Source of the DNA: Bugula neritina
Taxonomy: Eukaryota > Animalia > Bryozoa
Length of the DNA stretch: 64,000 nt
Assembly (NCBI GenBank): GCA_964035545.1
Contig: OZ037766.1
Span: 7,306,722 to 7,370,721 of the forward strand
Direction of reading: 5' to 3'
Shown: one piece after another, positions 50,656 through 64,000 of the stretch
How positions within the stretch are numbered: the stretch's first letter is position 1
How the letters are laid out: every line of letters begins with the position of its first letter
Notes under the pieces: generated by a model
What the model was told of the DNA's origin: nothing
The model's database searches: none
The model's input: the letters and a program-made list of their open reading frames with translations, nothing else
Position numbers and translations under genes: made by a program

Positions 50656-53600
50656 AGTGCAGGTGAAAGCTGTTACTTCTGTTTCGTTAGTCACAATCTG
50701 CTCCAAGAAACATTAGTCAGAGCCTGAAGTTAATGTATTAATATAGAATGAAGAAGGCTGATGCGCAACTGGCAGCTCTTCCTGCTCTTAATTCACAGAC
50801 GTGCAGGTAGTCATCTGTTGTAATAATATAGCTGTGGCTCATAGCTGAGTTATTGATCAAACATAAGACTTCAAATATTTTCAGTCACTTCAAACCTTGT
50901 ATTGCACTGGAGTTTTGAAACTTAGGGCTTGCTCTATTAATGCTGTTAGCTGAGAATTCATGCTCTTCATGCAATCAAGTAGTCTCTAATACTAAGCATT
51001 TTTTTGCGAAAAATAAAATATTTGCTAAATCTGATTGAGTGCAAGCAAATTGACTGTTGGAAATTTTGAGTTATAATCTGAAGGACTATAGGTGTATTCC
51101 AATTCCTTAGTATCAAAACAAGGCATTGGCACAAATAGCATTTTTAGCCATTGAAAATCCAATCAAAACAAAACTGTCCTTCTGGCTATTATCTATGTTC
51201 CCTATAATCTTTTGAAACGGGAAACAGTGGTAAAAATTGATAATTTTATTTAACTTTAGGGTGTTACATCTTATTTTGTATTTGCTTTAAGGGTGTACAG
51301 AATGTATGGCATGTCTAAATACTTGAAAAATGCTATAACATATCTACCGTTGAACATTTTGCAGGGCTTTAAACTGTAGCATGCTATATCTTGTACCTAG
51401 AAAGTCGGTGTTATTATTATTAGTATTTTTATCTGGAGATGGGTCTGAGATTTGATTAGATGTTTTATCTTTCCGTTACACCCATTATATCTTGTTATTG
51501 TATTGCTGGGATGTAGCCAAATTGGAAAGCCTGGCTTTGGCTTGTCAATGAGCTGAAGGTTGTCTTTAGGTCAAGTTCCTTTACTCAATTTAATACAGCT
51601 CCATTATCCTTTGAATCCAGTTCGGGTATATTAACGTATTAATTTATATAAAAAAAATTAAAGATAGGCCAACAGTCTACTATTGGCTACGGCTGTCACC
51701 AATGGAGAGATGAACATATAAGCAAAGTAAGGTATAGGGTATAGTGTTAAGAATAAAATATTAGCATCCTATGAATTAGTTTAGCCTAAAAGAAATTTTT
51801 CCCTTATTTTTTATGCATTTGTTTGGTTTATTTGATTATCAGTTATTGTAAATTGGTAAAACTTCAAGGAAAAAAGTTTAACTGCTTTTGGAAAAGTTGT
51901 ACGTCAATTACTTTTTAACTCACTTAAAATAGCTATAAATCCAATAAACAAGCAAATAATATGATAGTTGAAAAGATAATATTTCCTATCTGGTGGTTTT
52001 TGACGTACAGAATTCAATTTTATGAGGACCTGGCCTTCTTTATCTCAACAGCAAGCTGATCAAATAAGAATTATTAGTTTATGGTAATCTATAAACTAGT
52101 TGACACACTTTAAGCCGATCAGTGTAACAGTACCAAGAATGGTGGTCATCTCTGATAGTTGCCACAGTAGCAAAATATTAAATTAATTAGTCAAATTTTG
52201 GATTTCCCAGAGTATGAATCATTATGGTGATGAGTCAGCATTTGCTAGTATTAGTTCTGGTAGCAAGATCATGTAGCTAGGTGAGATAAGTGCTTGTTAT
52301 CTTAACCTTATTGCTGCCTAGCTACAGTTGTCACTCACCATGTTTAAGAAATAACAAGAAGCTCCGTGTCATCATGACCCACACCTGGAATTGTACAACA
52401 ATTTGTTGTTTTATAATATGTGCTGCTATATAGTAACTTAGTAAGCTGGACCTAATAATGTTTAAGGGATGTATATAGGTGCAGGTTACTGTGGCTCATT
52501 TTATTTTAATGCTTTTTTCCTCAAAGTGATTAGATCAAAGAGAACTGGAGAAGCGTCATAAACCCCAATTAGTTTCCTCCTTATCCCCAATAAGCAGTAT
52601 ACAAGTTAGCAAATTGGTTGAACAAAAATAGAATAGCTTTACTTGTAATTAAAGCACTTTAAATGATAGTTTTATTACATTTTTTTGGTCTAAAGCCAAT
52701 GCAGACCTCCTTAAAATTACGTAGTATGAAAATTTTAAGCTCCCATTAAAATACTTTCATAATAAATAAATCATGATAACAATAAACTCAAGGAAACAGT
52801 TGGAAAATGACAATGCGATTTTTTATACAAATGTGACATTTCAACAAAAGACTTGTAATGTAATTATTTGGAACTCAAATGAAAGTATTTTTATAGGTTG
52901 GCAACAGTGAAAGTTCACATCCTAGGTTCTGCTCATATTATTAGAATTTACTGGCCCTCGCTCTTTGAAAGATATTGTACACATTTTAGTTTCAAGAAAT
53001 TACTTCAACTCTAGAACTGTGTGTAAACAGATTTTCACATTGTTGAAGAAACTGCAAAGCTGGTTGACAATTTTTGCAATGCTTATTTTTTCTGTCTACT
53101 TGCATACTTGCATACAGTGAGAAGGTGTACATGTGTAGCAGTAAAATTGCATATAATATGTACCGAAGTATGGTTGCATATATGTGATGGTAAAGTTTTT
53201 TATTGTGTATTTCAGTGAAACTACACAGCTATCAATTCATGACGGCCAAAACTAAGTTAACTATGAGGTATATCTGTCGGCAGGCAACTGTTACACTGGT
53301 AAGTAGGACAAGAAATAAGATGTAATAATAAGGTCTACATTTTACAATAATGACATTAATTTCAGATCTAATAAATTATAAATGTTGTAAGTGGTGGGCC
53401 TTTAAAGTTTAAGCTATCGCCCATGCTTGAAGAGTGCAGCATCAAGTAGTTTAACAGCTGACTTACACGTGAGTGTTAGAGTAAAACGTGATTCTATTTT
53501 AATACCGGAGGGCAACTAGCCAATAAGCAGACCTCCTGTACATCTCTTTGATACTACTGAATATACTGTTAACATTGTTTATTTAGACGTGCATTATTTG

Positions 53601-56600
53601 CTCAGTACACAATTCATCTGGTATAATCATTTGATAAACTCATTTCAATTGTTCTGAATGGAACAATTCAACCAATCACTGTTGGCTCAATATTTCTGCA
53701 GCTAATAGCTAATGTTAACATCATGGCTAGTATTTGATTGGCCCTCAACCGGACAACTTACTGCTCACCTCTGCTTCCTTTTCTTATCAAAATAATAATC
53801 AACTACCAATAGGGTCGGCAAGTTTTGTTTCAACAGCATAATTTGCCCTTGAGACCGATCAAATTGATAGCTGGTAGGTTTTACCACGCAGCTGGCTAAA
53901 AATAATCTTATTCTATTCTGTGAATTTAATAAAAAAGTGGCCCCTTGCAAATTCTGCCACAGATAAAAAACTTGTCACTTGTAATTTCATTAATTTGCTA
54001 GCATATCATGATTGTACTTACTACTTAGTACTTTAAGGTTAGTCTTCTTAAACAATGAATTGGTAAAATTACCTTGGTGATTACCTCCCCTCTCCTCAAT
54101 AACTGGGCAGAGGTAGGTTATGCATAAATTTAAAAAAAAACAGTTTAAGCATTGAGCATACTTTTAATTCAAAAGAGAGAACTAATAGTTATGTTGACCC
54201 ATTGTAAACTGCATATTTCATTAAAACTACAGCATCACCTTGAAGATTGTGAAAATGAAGTTTGTTGTATTTACTTGGCTATTCAAACATTCTTTGGAGT
54301 AACTAAATGTTTTTCTGCATAAAACGTAACTAATATGTTTATTTTGTGTTTACTACTTCCATCTACAAAGTGGTTAGCCTGCAAATTCAGTTGCAATAAG
54401 TTCTCTTTTATTTAAACAACCCAAGTTTTTGAAAATTTCATGTTTCTTTCAAAGATCACTTATAAAGCTGTGTAAGAATATCTTATAACTAGGCATCACA
54501 ATTCGGTTTGCAATTATTTCATAAAAATGTGTCGGGTCCCTTTTCTTCTTTGCAAAACTTTGCCTATTCATAGCATGTTTTAAAATGCAGTTATCAAATG
54601 GTATTTTCGTATACATGCACTTCAAATTATGTCCAAAAATATGTTTGATCATGTTATAATGCTAAAAATAACTCATTTGTAACCAGCTAATTCACTAAAC
54701 ATACTATATTTTTGTGGTTAGTCATTGCTGTAGCAATTGCTGGATTTACTCTTTTGAACAGCTGCTACAATTTCATAAAGTGTTGAACAATAAATCAGGA
54801 GATCACATGTTACACAGCTTGCTAAAAATAGCCTCTTCCACTTACTGCCCTACTCCCCCTCATTGGTCAATGGCTCTTAGCCTTCTAATTAGTTAATCTA
54901 TAATGGGGAAATCTTGGGTAATAACAAAATGTTGAAATGTTTTGCAATTTGAATTGGAAATGCTTACATGGCAAGGAAAGAGAATTTTCTAGTCTATACA
55001 TGTTTAATTATTTCTACAGCTCCTCTACATCGTATAGGATCAGCTGAGAGAATTTCTAGCAGTTTGCTAGCACTTTGCTAGCTAATGATTGCTCAGTTAT
55101 GGTTACTTTATGGTTAACTGATAGACACTTCATGGATGTGTTTGTCTATCTGTAGCAAGGACAGTTACCCTCTGGCTGAGTTTAGAATCATTTACTGCCT
55201 TATCTTACCAATACGAAGTCAATGGCTAATGGAGCGCATCTTCCATAGAAGTGGTGTTGTTCATAGGCTATACAGTTAAGGAAGTTATAAACTCATCACA
55301 TGTGCTTGTATATTTATTCCATTGTAATTACAGAGTTGGAAGAAGTGTGTCTTCTAGAACCGTAGTTTGGAAGAGTCATTTTCCAAAAGAATTTCTGTAA
55401 TATTTAATTGATATGTCTTGTATTAATGGAAATGATAGACAAGTGTAAATAGTAGAATTGTATGATGGTGTAATTTGTACCTTTGATAAGAGAATTGATA
55501 AGCAAATTACATTTTTATTCATGGCTGAAAATAATAAATGTTAAATAACCATCAAACTAACAAACTTTTACTGAATTAATATGAATTATATATTAGTAGA
55601 TTCAATTAGCTTAGAATGTTGGCAAACATACAAGCTATAATTAGCTAGGGGGTTTACTGGTGTGGTGCACTTTAAGAAAAATGTGCTGGTCTATTCACTA
55701 TCATGTGGTGATTTATGTGCCGATCTTCAGATTTACTTGATCATTTTGGTAAAATCTTCAGAATATTTACAATAATGCATCAGCTTCATGTTCATGGTAA
55801 AAGGGTTGTCCCACATCCTATCACATGTTATAATATAGCCGTGAAATATTGCCGGTCTATCAAAAGGTGCCATGTTTTGCTTGCTTTGGTCGTTGGTTTT
55901 CAATCAACATTTACACCAGCTACTCCTTACCTTAATCAGCTCTACCCTTTAGATATAACTTTGCATTGAAAAATCTAACTGTTTGACAATACCCTACATT
56001 GTAAAAATACTTTAATGTTAAATCTGCATCCATATTCCAGCATTTAGGATGTTAGATGAAATTGGACCATTAAAAATGTTTTAAGAGTATGGTGACCTTT
56101 GATGGATAGTTTTTTGTCTAACTTTTAGTTTTGGCAGATTTATTTGACTGACTTCAAAAAATACATGAATATACAAAAGTTATAATTTGTTAAGGAAAAT
56201 TTTCAATGCTCTCGGTGTTCATGTTATTTTCCACACTACCAGCGATTCTATGGGAAACCAGTCACACACAAATGACTGTCCAACCGCCGTCAGTCATTCT
56301 AAAGTTCCATAACCCCATCTCTAGCTTCTAATCCTGATGCAACACTGGGTCTTTTCCCCAACGCTTGGTTTGTCACCGACCCAACCTACAGGCATGCAGG
56401 AATGCTCACTGGGTTTTATACTTACCCAAGTATTCATGCCTTACCTATTCACGCACAGTCAAGTTTCCCATGTGTTCACTATTTTTAGAATGGGCTATAT
56501 TGCGATGGAAAGCTCATGTCACATGAATATATAGAACTTGCATCCTTGGCATTTTCAAATACTTGCAGTTATCAACAAAAGCCTCATTGGATATTGCTGT

Positions 56601-58529
56601 TATTTTAGCTAAAATCTGAATACAATAAACAAATAGGTTATTCATATTTATTTCAAGTAATTTCTATGTGTATTTCAGTTTTGATTCACTATGTATTTTC
56701 TAATTGCTGCAACTAGCAATATCAAGCAATAAGAGTAAAATTTCTGATTATTTCCTTATTGTGTCCAGTGAAATCATCTTTACTATAAGGACATACGTGA
56801 GTCAGTAGCTATAACTTACTTGTCAACTCTTCTTCACATTAACACATCTTAAACCAATTGCAATGAGTGTTACACCATAGAATGTAATGTAAAGAATATG
56901 TTACACGTATGAATATTTATGCAGACATTTTGTAGTATGTGAGCATCTTATGTGGCGGCAGTTTGTGGTGCAAGCTTCCTCAGTACAATGGGTTTGGATA
57001 TGATTGCATAAAAGAGCATGAGAAGGTGTGGGTGCAACTTGCTTGTCTAAAGGGCTCTGTCATTATAGGAAAGGTGCCCATGCTGCAACTATGCCTTATG
57101 CTTTGCCTTTTTAAAGCTAAAGTGGAAATTGACTGCTAACATAACCCTCAGCAGATACTTTGTTGGGAGATTTTCCTGTCGAACTTTATGGTGGTATGAC
57201 TGCTACAGTCATGCTAGGTTGTCTAGCAGAGGCACCCACTGTCACATGATAGCATGGTGGAATACTCATGGTAGACCCTCAACTTTTCCATTACCACTAA
57301 TAAGTAAAGAGTTTCCCCACAAGTAGAAGTAACCCGCGCATGGATGTATATGAATTATGGATTACTCCGAGGTACTGTGCTATAAGGAGACGCGTAGTAG
57401 ATGGAATTTCCCTTTTATTATGTCGTGTGTTTTGAACTGTGTTATTGATTTTCATAGAGACATATTTCACAAGTGTTGCTCGAGTGACTGACAAAGAAGG
57501 CTACGAATAATATGAACATGTCAAATCTTGCCCTGCACTATTTTTGTGTTGTTTTCTGAAAGACCTCTTCTGTCTCCACTAGAGAAAAGTCTGTGTCTGA
57601 AAATCTATGACAATTTCACAGCTTTACATCATAGTTATGATGAAGTGTCTCAGCAACAGTAATTTACCAAAGCATCAACCCCCCAGTATCTTTCTGAGTC
57701 TAGTGTAATAATGGTGAAATTTTGCTATAGCTGTTTAATCTTAAAATTGCAAGCTCGCTAAAACAGCACTGGTGTATTGTAATATGATATCTATTCAAAA
57801 TCTGCATTTGGGATTACAATAAAAAAATTGCCAGGAATTCACCGTTAGTAAACGGGGCAGCAAGGATTCAAACCTCTGTTGGTGCGACTTTTGAGGAACC
57901 AATTTTAAAAAGGTTGCTGCATTACAGGTTATGAACAGACGGGAACTTCTTATCTCGATGTACTCTAAATTTGTAGTTAGACAAATATAGTTTTGCTTGA
58001 ACTATGGAGTACTCAGTATTGAAATAATTGTCTCTCAAAGTTGATAACTATAAAAAAGTTGTCAGCTTTGTGATGTAAATGCTACCGTTGCAAAGAGTTT
58101 GTATATTAAGTGTTGATAAGCTCATATAAATGGAAAAACATTTTTATCATTATAGATATATTTTATATATTTGACTAGCTACTCTCAGTTTTCTTTCAGC
58201 ACATCGCTGAGGCACGCGTCAGCGTTATAATATAATTGTAGCCAAGAATTATCTTTAAAAGTGACTGCAGGCATTGAGTGAAATACTTATCAACAATCCA
58301 TCACATGTCCATCACATGTTCCTGCATATAAATCCATTAATCACCTTTCACTTTTTGGCCTGCATCAATTTAAAATTGGTGGGTGCTTTAGCTGTAGGCA
58401 TTTTGCTCTGACAAATCATTGACTGATGCTCTTTATCTATGGCAATGCATCCTCCCCCTACATCCACTAACAAAAGTTTATCTTTTCATTGTAGTATAGG
58501 ACAATAAAAAAGTTTTAGAAAAATTGCAT

Positions 58530-58667
58530 CTGATTAGTCATAATAAGTTATCCAATAAGCTACACAAGGAAATGCTTTTGATTGGCTGAAATTGGGAAAG
58601 TTTATAGCTAGTTTTTCAGTTGATTTTTAGCTAGTGCTAACTCAGAGGTTACCAGGGTGAGTATAAA
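58530..58667 (+). promoter_or_regulatory. Proximal promoter of secreted protein A: CCAAT boxes, kB-like site, TATA
   Basis: CCAAT at ~58552, ATTGG at ~58581, GGGAAAGTTT at 58594-58603, TATAAA at 58662, about 90 nt upstream of the ATG. Confidence 0.45.
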
Positions 58668-58755
58668 TATCATAATAGTTTCTTGAGTTAAATCAAATAA
58701 CATTTTGACACTGAGAGTTTAGGTTGTGTGTTTTGTTTAGTGTTTAAAATAAATA

Positions 58756-59646
58756 ATGGGTGCGATTTTCAATGTATTCTTGCTTGCAGCCTGTGTGCTA
58801 TACATGGTAGCAGCAAATCCTATAGCACCTAATAGCAACATTAGCTTTAACATAACGGAATGTAAGAATCAAGGGGCAGAACACTACGAGTTACAGAGAC
58901 AATACGATGAGCTAGACGCTCAGCCAGTTTCTGCTTTCACTGCTATTGACATATACACGGCAACAAGGTTTAATTATACACATATTTCAGGCTGTAGCCC
59001 TCTGGATGTGCCAACGTGAGTACTTATTTCAAATATAATAATATTTTTTATCAACTTCTGTTTCCACGAATTTACACATTTATGAAATAACACTTATGTG
59101 GTATTGATAGATAACCAGCCTTCTAGCCTGGGCACTTTCACATTCTCAATGAATCTAATTTATCTGTGAATTACCGCATGCTTTGGGTAAAATATAATTC
59201 ATTGATTAAAACTCAGCTTATATTTTCTAAGAATCAAATCGAAAGTTTTAACTGTCATCTGGGTGTAGCTCTTATAGCAGTATTTTTATAACAATATTAC
59301 ACTTGAGTACTACCATACATTAATGTATTTGTTATTACCCTCCTAATCTCATTGCCTAGACAAGGTCTAGCCTATAGTAAGTAACACACACTATTTATTG
59401 TATTTTAGGCGAACTATCACATATGAAGACAACGAAGGGTTGATGTACGAGCAAACTGTTGAGACGAGGGTGCTCTGTGGTGAATGCCCCAGGACGCCTA
59501 ACGGCATCAAACAGATAGCAAGGCGACATATAAGTCTTGCTACTCGATTATTGGCTGATCATTGTGAGTTTGTGGAATCTAAATGGATCTGGAGGTACCA
59601 GAAGGTAGCTTTTGAAGTAGCCAGTTACACTTGTGAATCTGTCTAA
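58756..59646 (+). CDS. Secreted Cys-rich protein A, 165 aa (divergent IL-17/cystine-knot-cytokine-like); exons 58756-59015, 59409-59646
   Basis: Signal peptide MGAIFNVFLLAACVLYMVAA. The phase-2 intron (CCAAC|GTGAGT ... TTTTAG|G) joins two ORFs in frame. Six Cys in the mature chain, including CGEC and C-terminal YTC; several N-glycosylation sequons. The gene structure is secure; the family assignment is tentative. Confidence 0.8.
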
Positions 59647-59719
59647 AGGCTCAACTACGTTCAGTCTCTCTAAAAGAAATCTCACTTTCATCCTTCCAAT
59701 ACACACTCTAGTATACATA

Positions 59720-59946
59720 TACTTATTTAAAAGGTTTAAGTTATATCAATTGACAATTACTTCTGGTGAATTTACTTTTTACTATTTATTGTATTTTATT
59801 TGACAGATTATTTGATAGCCTTTGGTGGCATTAATATCAAATATCTAGTGCTTTTTTGTCTAATATTACTTATCAAAATTTTGTAAAATAATTTTTTTAT
59901 TATACTATTATTCATATTGATTCTAGGTCTAATTTATTTATTTATT
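59720..59946 (+). promoter_or_regulatory. AU-rich elements in 3' UTR of secreted protein A
   Basis: TTATTTAA at 59723, ATTTA at 59770 and 59784, and overlapping AATTTATTTATTTATT at 59931-59946. The AT-rich background lowers significance. Confidence 0.45.
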
Positions 59947-61531
59947 ACTGACAATTTTCATTTTCTGCATGCACGCTATGCATTGCTGATTTGTCATTTT
60001 GCGCAATATTACAATCATACTCTTTACAGTCGTTAATAGATTTTCCATATTTTTATGATTTTAATACAAAATGTTATCGAGTTAAGGCCTACACATTAGA
60101 CAACCTATATAACATGTTTTGCATACTTTTTACTTATCCTTGAAATATATATATATATTCTACAAACTTAAAGAAGCTATATTCTCATGATTTCTTGATT
60201 GTGAACAGTGTGCTAACTTTGAGGGACAGAAAGTAAGAGTGTACTTGAACTTGGGCCCCCTCCCCCCTGTGTAGCCTGGGAGAAGTTAAAGAGTTGCGCT
60301 TTTCCCTCATGATATATTTAGGCTTTGTTACTGCAGCCAATACTATTGAAGTTGGGTGGTTATTTGAGGAAAAGTCAAATGATATGATAGGCTGGTGCAA
60401 ATAACTAGACTAATGTTCAGTGGAAATTATTTCTTCCCCAGCATTTTATGGATATTGTATACCAAAGGCAGTGTATTTTCCTAGTAGTTTATGATGTATG
60501 CTCCATTTTCTGTATGTAATATCTGAAGTTTCCTCTAAATTCCAAAAGGCATTTGCCATGTAATGCTGATGTAATATATCCTAGCTCATGCAGCTATAAG
60601 AGTATGGGCCTGCAGTATAACCAGATGGTTGTAATCTGAATGCATGTTATGCAAATAAAACAGATTCTGTAAAACAAAAAATTCTAGTCAAGTTGAACCT
60701 TGGGAGTTATGCTATTGATAGATAAGGCTGAATTTGATCTGCTAGCTAATGTTAAACCTACCCATAATGTAACTCCCCCAGCCTAGCTACGTGCAGATTA
60801 GGAAAGAGGGCTATGTCGATGCCTGTTTTGAAAGATTATCATAGCAGCTCAAATTAACAAATAATATATTATATATCCAGGTATTGGAAATGCGTGAAAG
60901 TTCTCTATTCTTACGTTATATATTGGCTTACTTGCAATGTTTTTTTTGCGGATTTGTCTCCCCATAGTTGACTTGGGCTCATAAAAATGACTATCGTAAC
61001 CAAAAGTTATACCCAGATCTTAGAACACAGAATTAGAGACTTTATCAACTGATGCCCAAAAGTTTCAAATTGTCAGTCCCTTGGTTAGTTATCTCTTGTA
61101 AGTGCATTTTGTAACAGCATTTTAATTAAACTTACAAATTGTTAATTACTCAATATTAATGATTGAAATTGTATGGTTTAGGTACAAAATTAAATTCTGA
61201 AACAGCCAAAATAATAAAGAATGTCTCAGTATTCTTTAAAATATAGTATTTTAATCTCTTTATCTTTTGCATGGTTTGTAACTTTATGGGTAAGATTTGG
61301 TCTTTAAACACCAATACTGTTCTTTAAGTCAATTTGCCACTTTCAAAGTAATATTATGAAGTAGTATAATATATTTATGCCACCATCTTTCTGTGTGCTG
61401 GAGCGGCTGTAGAGAACATGACTGCTAAAAGGCTAATCACAGTGGAGGTCAATGAGCAGCTCACTGCACAAATAGTATCAACGCGGCTTTGCAGTGCCAT
61501 TGAAGCGAATCAAACAATGAGAAATGTTAGT

Positions 61532-61691
61532 GGGCGGAGCTTAGTTTTATAGAAAGACCTGACGCATCCTTGCAGTCAAGCGACTGGTAACAGCAGGAGT
61601 GACAGTTAGTCAGGGAACTGGGTAATTACCGAAAGACCAACAGTGCCTTTAGCTGTATGGATTTCCCACCGGAAATGGTTGCCTATATAAA
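61532..61691 (+). promoter_or_regulatory. Proximal promoter of secreted protein B: GC box, CRE-like, kB sites, TATA
   Basis: GGGCGGAGC at 61532, TGACGCA at 61560, GGGTAATTACC at 61620-61630, TGGATTTCCC (=GGGAAATCCA) at 61658-61667, TATATAAA at 61684. Confidence 0.55.
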
Positions 61692-61964
61692 GGTAAACAG
61701 GTCCGTATTGCACTCAAATATTTTAGAGACAGAGCTGGAAGACATACTACCTGTGTGCTCTTTCATTATACATGTCATTTTTGTGTATCTGCTACAGACA
61801 CACTTACTGAAAAGATTTGTACCTTTAGCTCAATCAGTTGGTTCTGCTGTGATAGACTCTAGTTATCTTGAAGTAAACTTTGTTAGCAAACGTAAACACT
61901 AACCCTTTATACTAACTCTTTAAGAGAAAAGTCAAATTTGCTGCTTATTCTGAAAACAGTATCA

Positions 61965-62751
61965 ATGAATCTCTTAACTTTCTTAGTTGTATTGACAATT
62001 GTATCAATATGGCAACTCAGTAGTTGCATGTCAATTGGTAATCACAGACGGCATAGTGGCAGTCACTCACCTACACAGTTACCGTACTTCACTCCTCCTT
62101 TCTACGACAATGTCACGTACTGCTACAGTTCCGGGGCTACTCATCCACTTAGTGAACGGCGGAGGCAATGCATTGCAAGTTCTTTGACTATACAGAGAGC
62201 GGAAACAGGTCTGGAAGCTGAGCTACTGAATTCTACAACTCTACATATTAACCATAACATTTTCTGCAACGATAAAAGTATGCAAACACCATACGAGAGC
62301 CCTACGTAAGTCAAATTCACTATGTTGTACACCTAAATGATAAATCAACTGTAATGTCTTGTCCCTTTTAACTCATGGTTTTATTAGTATATAGCTGCAA
62401 TCTAGTAATAAAAATAGAAGGAAGCATTATTGGTGCTATTAATTAAAAAATCTTATAAAATGCTCAACTGTTTGTTCTAATAGACAATTAGAGATATGGG
62501 AAGCGAAGATACCAGGGACTTTAGTACCGGAGTATGTGAGTAACGTATCTCAATGCGGTAACTTTACCTGTCCAGCGTGTGCTGGATGTTCTAAGACCGT
62601 TCCAACTGCAGAGGCAGAAGAGAAAATACACATACAGGTTTCTGGTTGCTCACACATGAACAGTACTGACTACACATCTCCTCTAGAATTTGCATATAAA
62701 TATGTAGTCGTCAAAACTAACACACGATTCCCGTGTAAATATGTAGTGTAA
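61965..62751 (+). CDS. Secreted Cys-rich protein B, 202 aa, paralogue of protein A (divergent IL-17/cystine-knot-cytokine-like); exons 61965-62305, 62484-62751
   Basis: Signal peptide MNLLTFLVVLTIVSIWQLSSC. The phase-2 intron (CCTAC|GTAAGT ... AATAG|A) joins in frame. Nine Cys in the mature chain (SQCGNFTCPACAGC ... SGC ... FPC). AATAAA at 63202. Confidence 0.8.
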
Positions 62752-64000
62752 CTTATCGCATACTATTTTATTATTTTAAATCAGTAGTCATTATAAAAGT
62801 TAATATATTTAGCTATTTATTAGCTGCCTGCTCTTTATTTTGTTACATCATATAACTCTGATACCGGTCCAGCCTTTTGCATTTCATTTCTCAGGATCTT
62901 TCAATTATTCCTATTTGAATGTCTTGAAGCCAATTGTAGAATTTGTGAGTATCAACTCTATTTTTATACATTTTTATTTTATCAATTCAAAATAGGTATT
63001 CTATTTTTACTTTTACTCAAAAAACCAACTGTAGCTACTATTGATATAAAACTTATTTGATACCATTTTTTAATAGCAATTTCATATCTATTTTGTATAA
63101 AATGTGTAATTTGTATAAATTCATTCATCAACTCTGTTTTTATACGATTTATGCTATGTTAAAAGTCTGCTTGGTATTTTATACTCAGCCTATAGTTTAT
63201 CAATAAATCTATAGCTGGTTAAAAATGACTTTTGTTTAGTAGCTATTTGTGTTAGCTACTGAAAATGTTGATTATCCAGTGAGTGCCATTGAATTTTATA
63301 AAAAGGAAGTATAAATTTCGCAAGCCAATGAGCATTCACTCGACCTCTAATAGGTTTATACAAAATAATCAATGTATACTAGTGGCATTTCGCAATTAAA
63401 AGGTAAATAAAAAGGATTGGTAGCTGGTGAATAACACAACTCAATGTATAACTGCAAAACCTTTCCATGTCAGAAGCCACCTGGAACTTGAAGATGTTTC
63501 CAAATAACTCGTCATGCATGTTTTGGTGTTGGTCTCTTTTTCTTACATTAGCAAATGGAAGCTTTTGGAAATATCTTAATGCTTATGATAGCTACATTTC
63601 ATTTACTTGAATAGCCTGTGGTAGTCATGTATATACCACTTGCACAATATGCATTATAGCAATATTATCAAAGACTGCAAAGGCTATAATTATTTGTAGA
63701 ACTATAGATAAAGAATGCGCAAAACTGTTTGCGGCTGCCTACTTTTTTTCCAATTGTCATATTATTATATTATTACCTTCTTTAATTCCAAGTGGGGTAC
63801 AAGTATTTTAAATATATCAAATTGAAATCCCATCCAGGAGATAATTGCCCAAAGCATTGCTTACCATAAACAGAGTCACATGAAGCAGTAGGAAAGACAG
63901 AAACCTATTTGCCTCAGCTTGTGTTGCTGCATAAATTCCATCTTTCCATTTAGAAAGAAACTAAATGGATGACTGTGTGTACAAATACAAATGATTTATA

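Noticed and set aside
38259-57494. Numerous 60-100 aa ORFs in the gene-poor interval
   Set aside because: AT-rich random composition, many non-ATG starts, no motifs or consistent splice chains.
57860-57880. GGATTCAAACC resembling a reversed Pol III B-box (tRNA or SINE)
   Set aside because: No A-box or cloverleaf evident, and too short to call.

Overview
AT-rich, intron-rich eukaryotic (animal) genomic DNA. It is most likely from a lophotrochozoan invertebrate, inferred from the mollusc/annelid-style allatostatin-C peptide. The ORF track misses most genes because they are spliced, so I reconstructed them by hand from GT-AG sites and reading-frame phase. Genes found: (1) a minus-strand type-II membrane mucin-like gene (about 1.3-9.7 kb) that appears to be nested antisense inside an intron of (2) DUSP11/PIR1 RNA 5'-phosphatase, whose last four exons lie at 10392-12258 on +; (3) TRPT1/Tpt1 RNA 2'-phosphotransferase, tail-to-tail with DUSP11; (4) a 16-exon SLC26A11-type sulfate/anion transporter with alternative N-terminal exons; (5) an allatostatin-C/somatostatin-type neuropeptide precursor with an unusual C-terminal extension; (6,7) two tandem, diverged two-exon paralogues encoding secreted Cys-rich proteins. 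The paralogues have kB/TATA promoters and AU-rich 3' UTRs and resemble a very divergent IL-17/cystine-knot cytokine family; they are the most novel-looking system here. The window also holds MITEs (one hAT-type with an 8-bp TSD), minisatellites and microsatellites. No database search was possible, so family calls rest on motifs I recognise.
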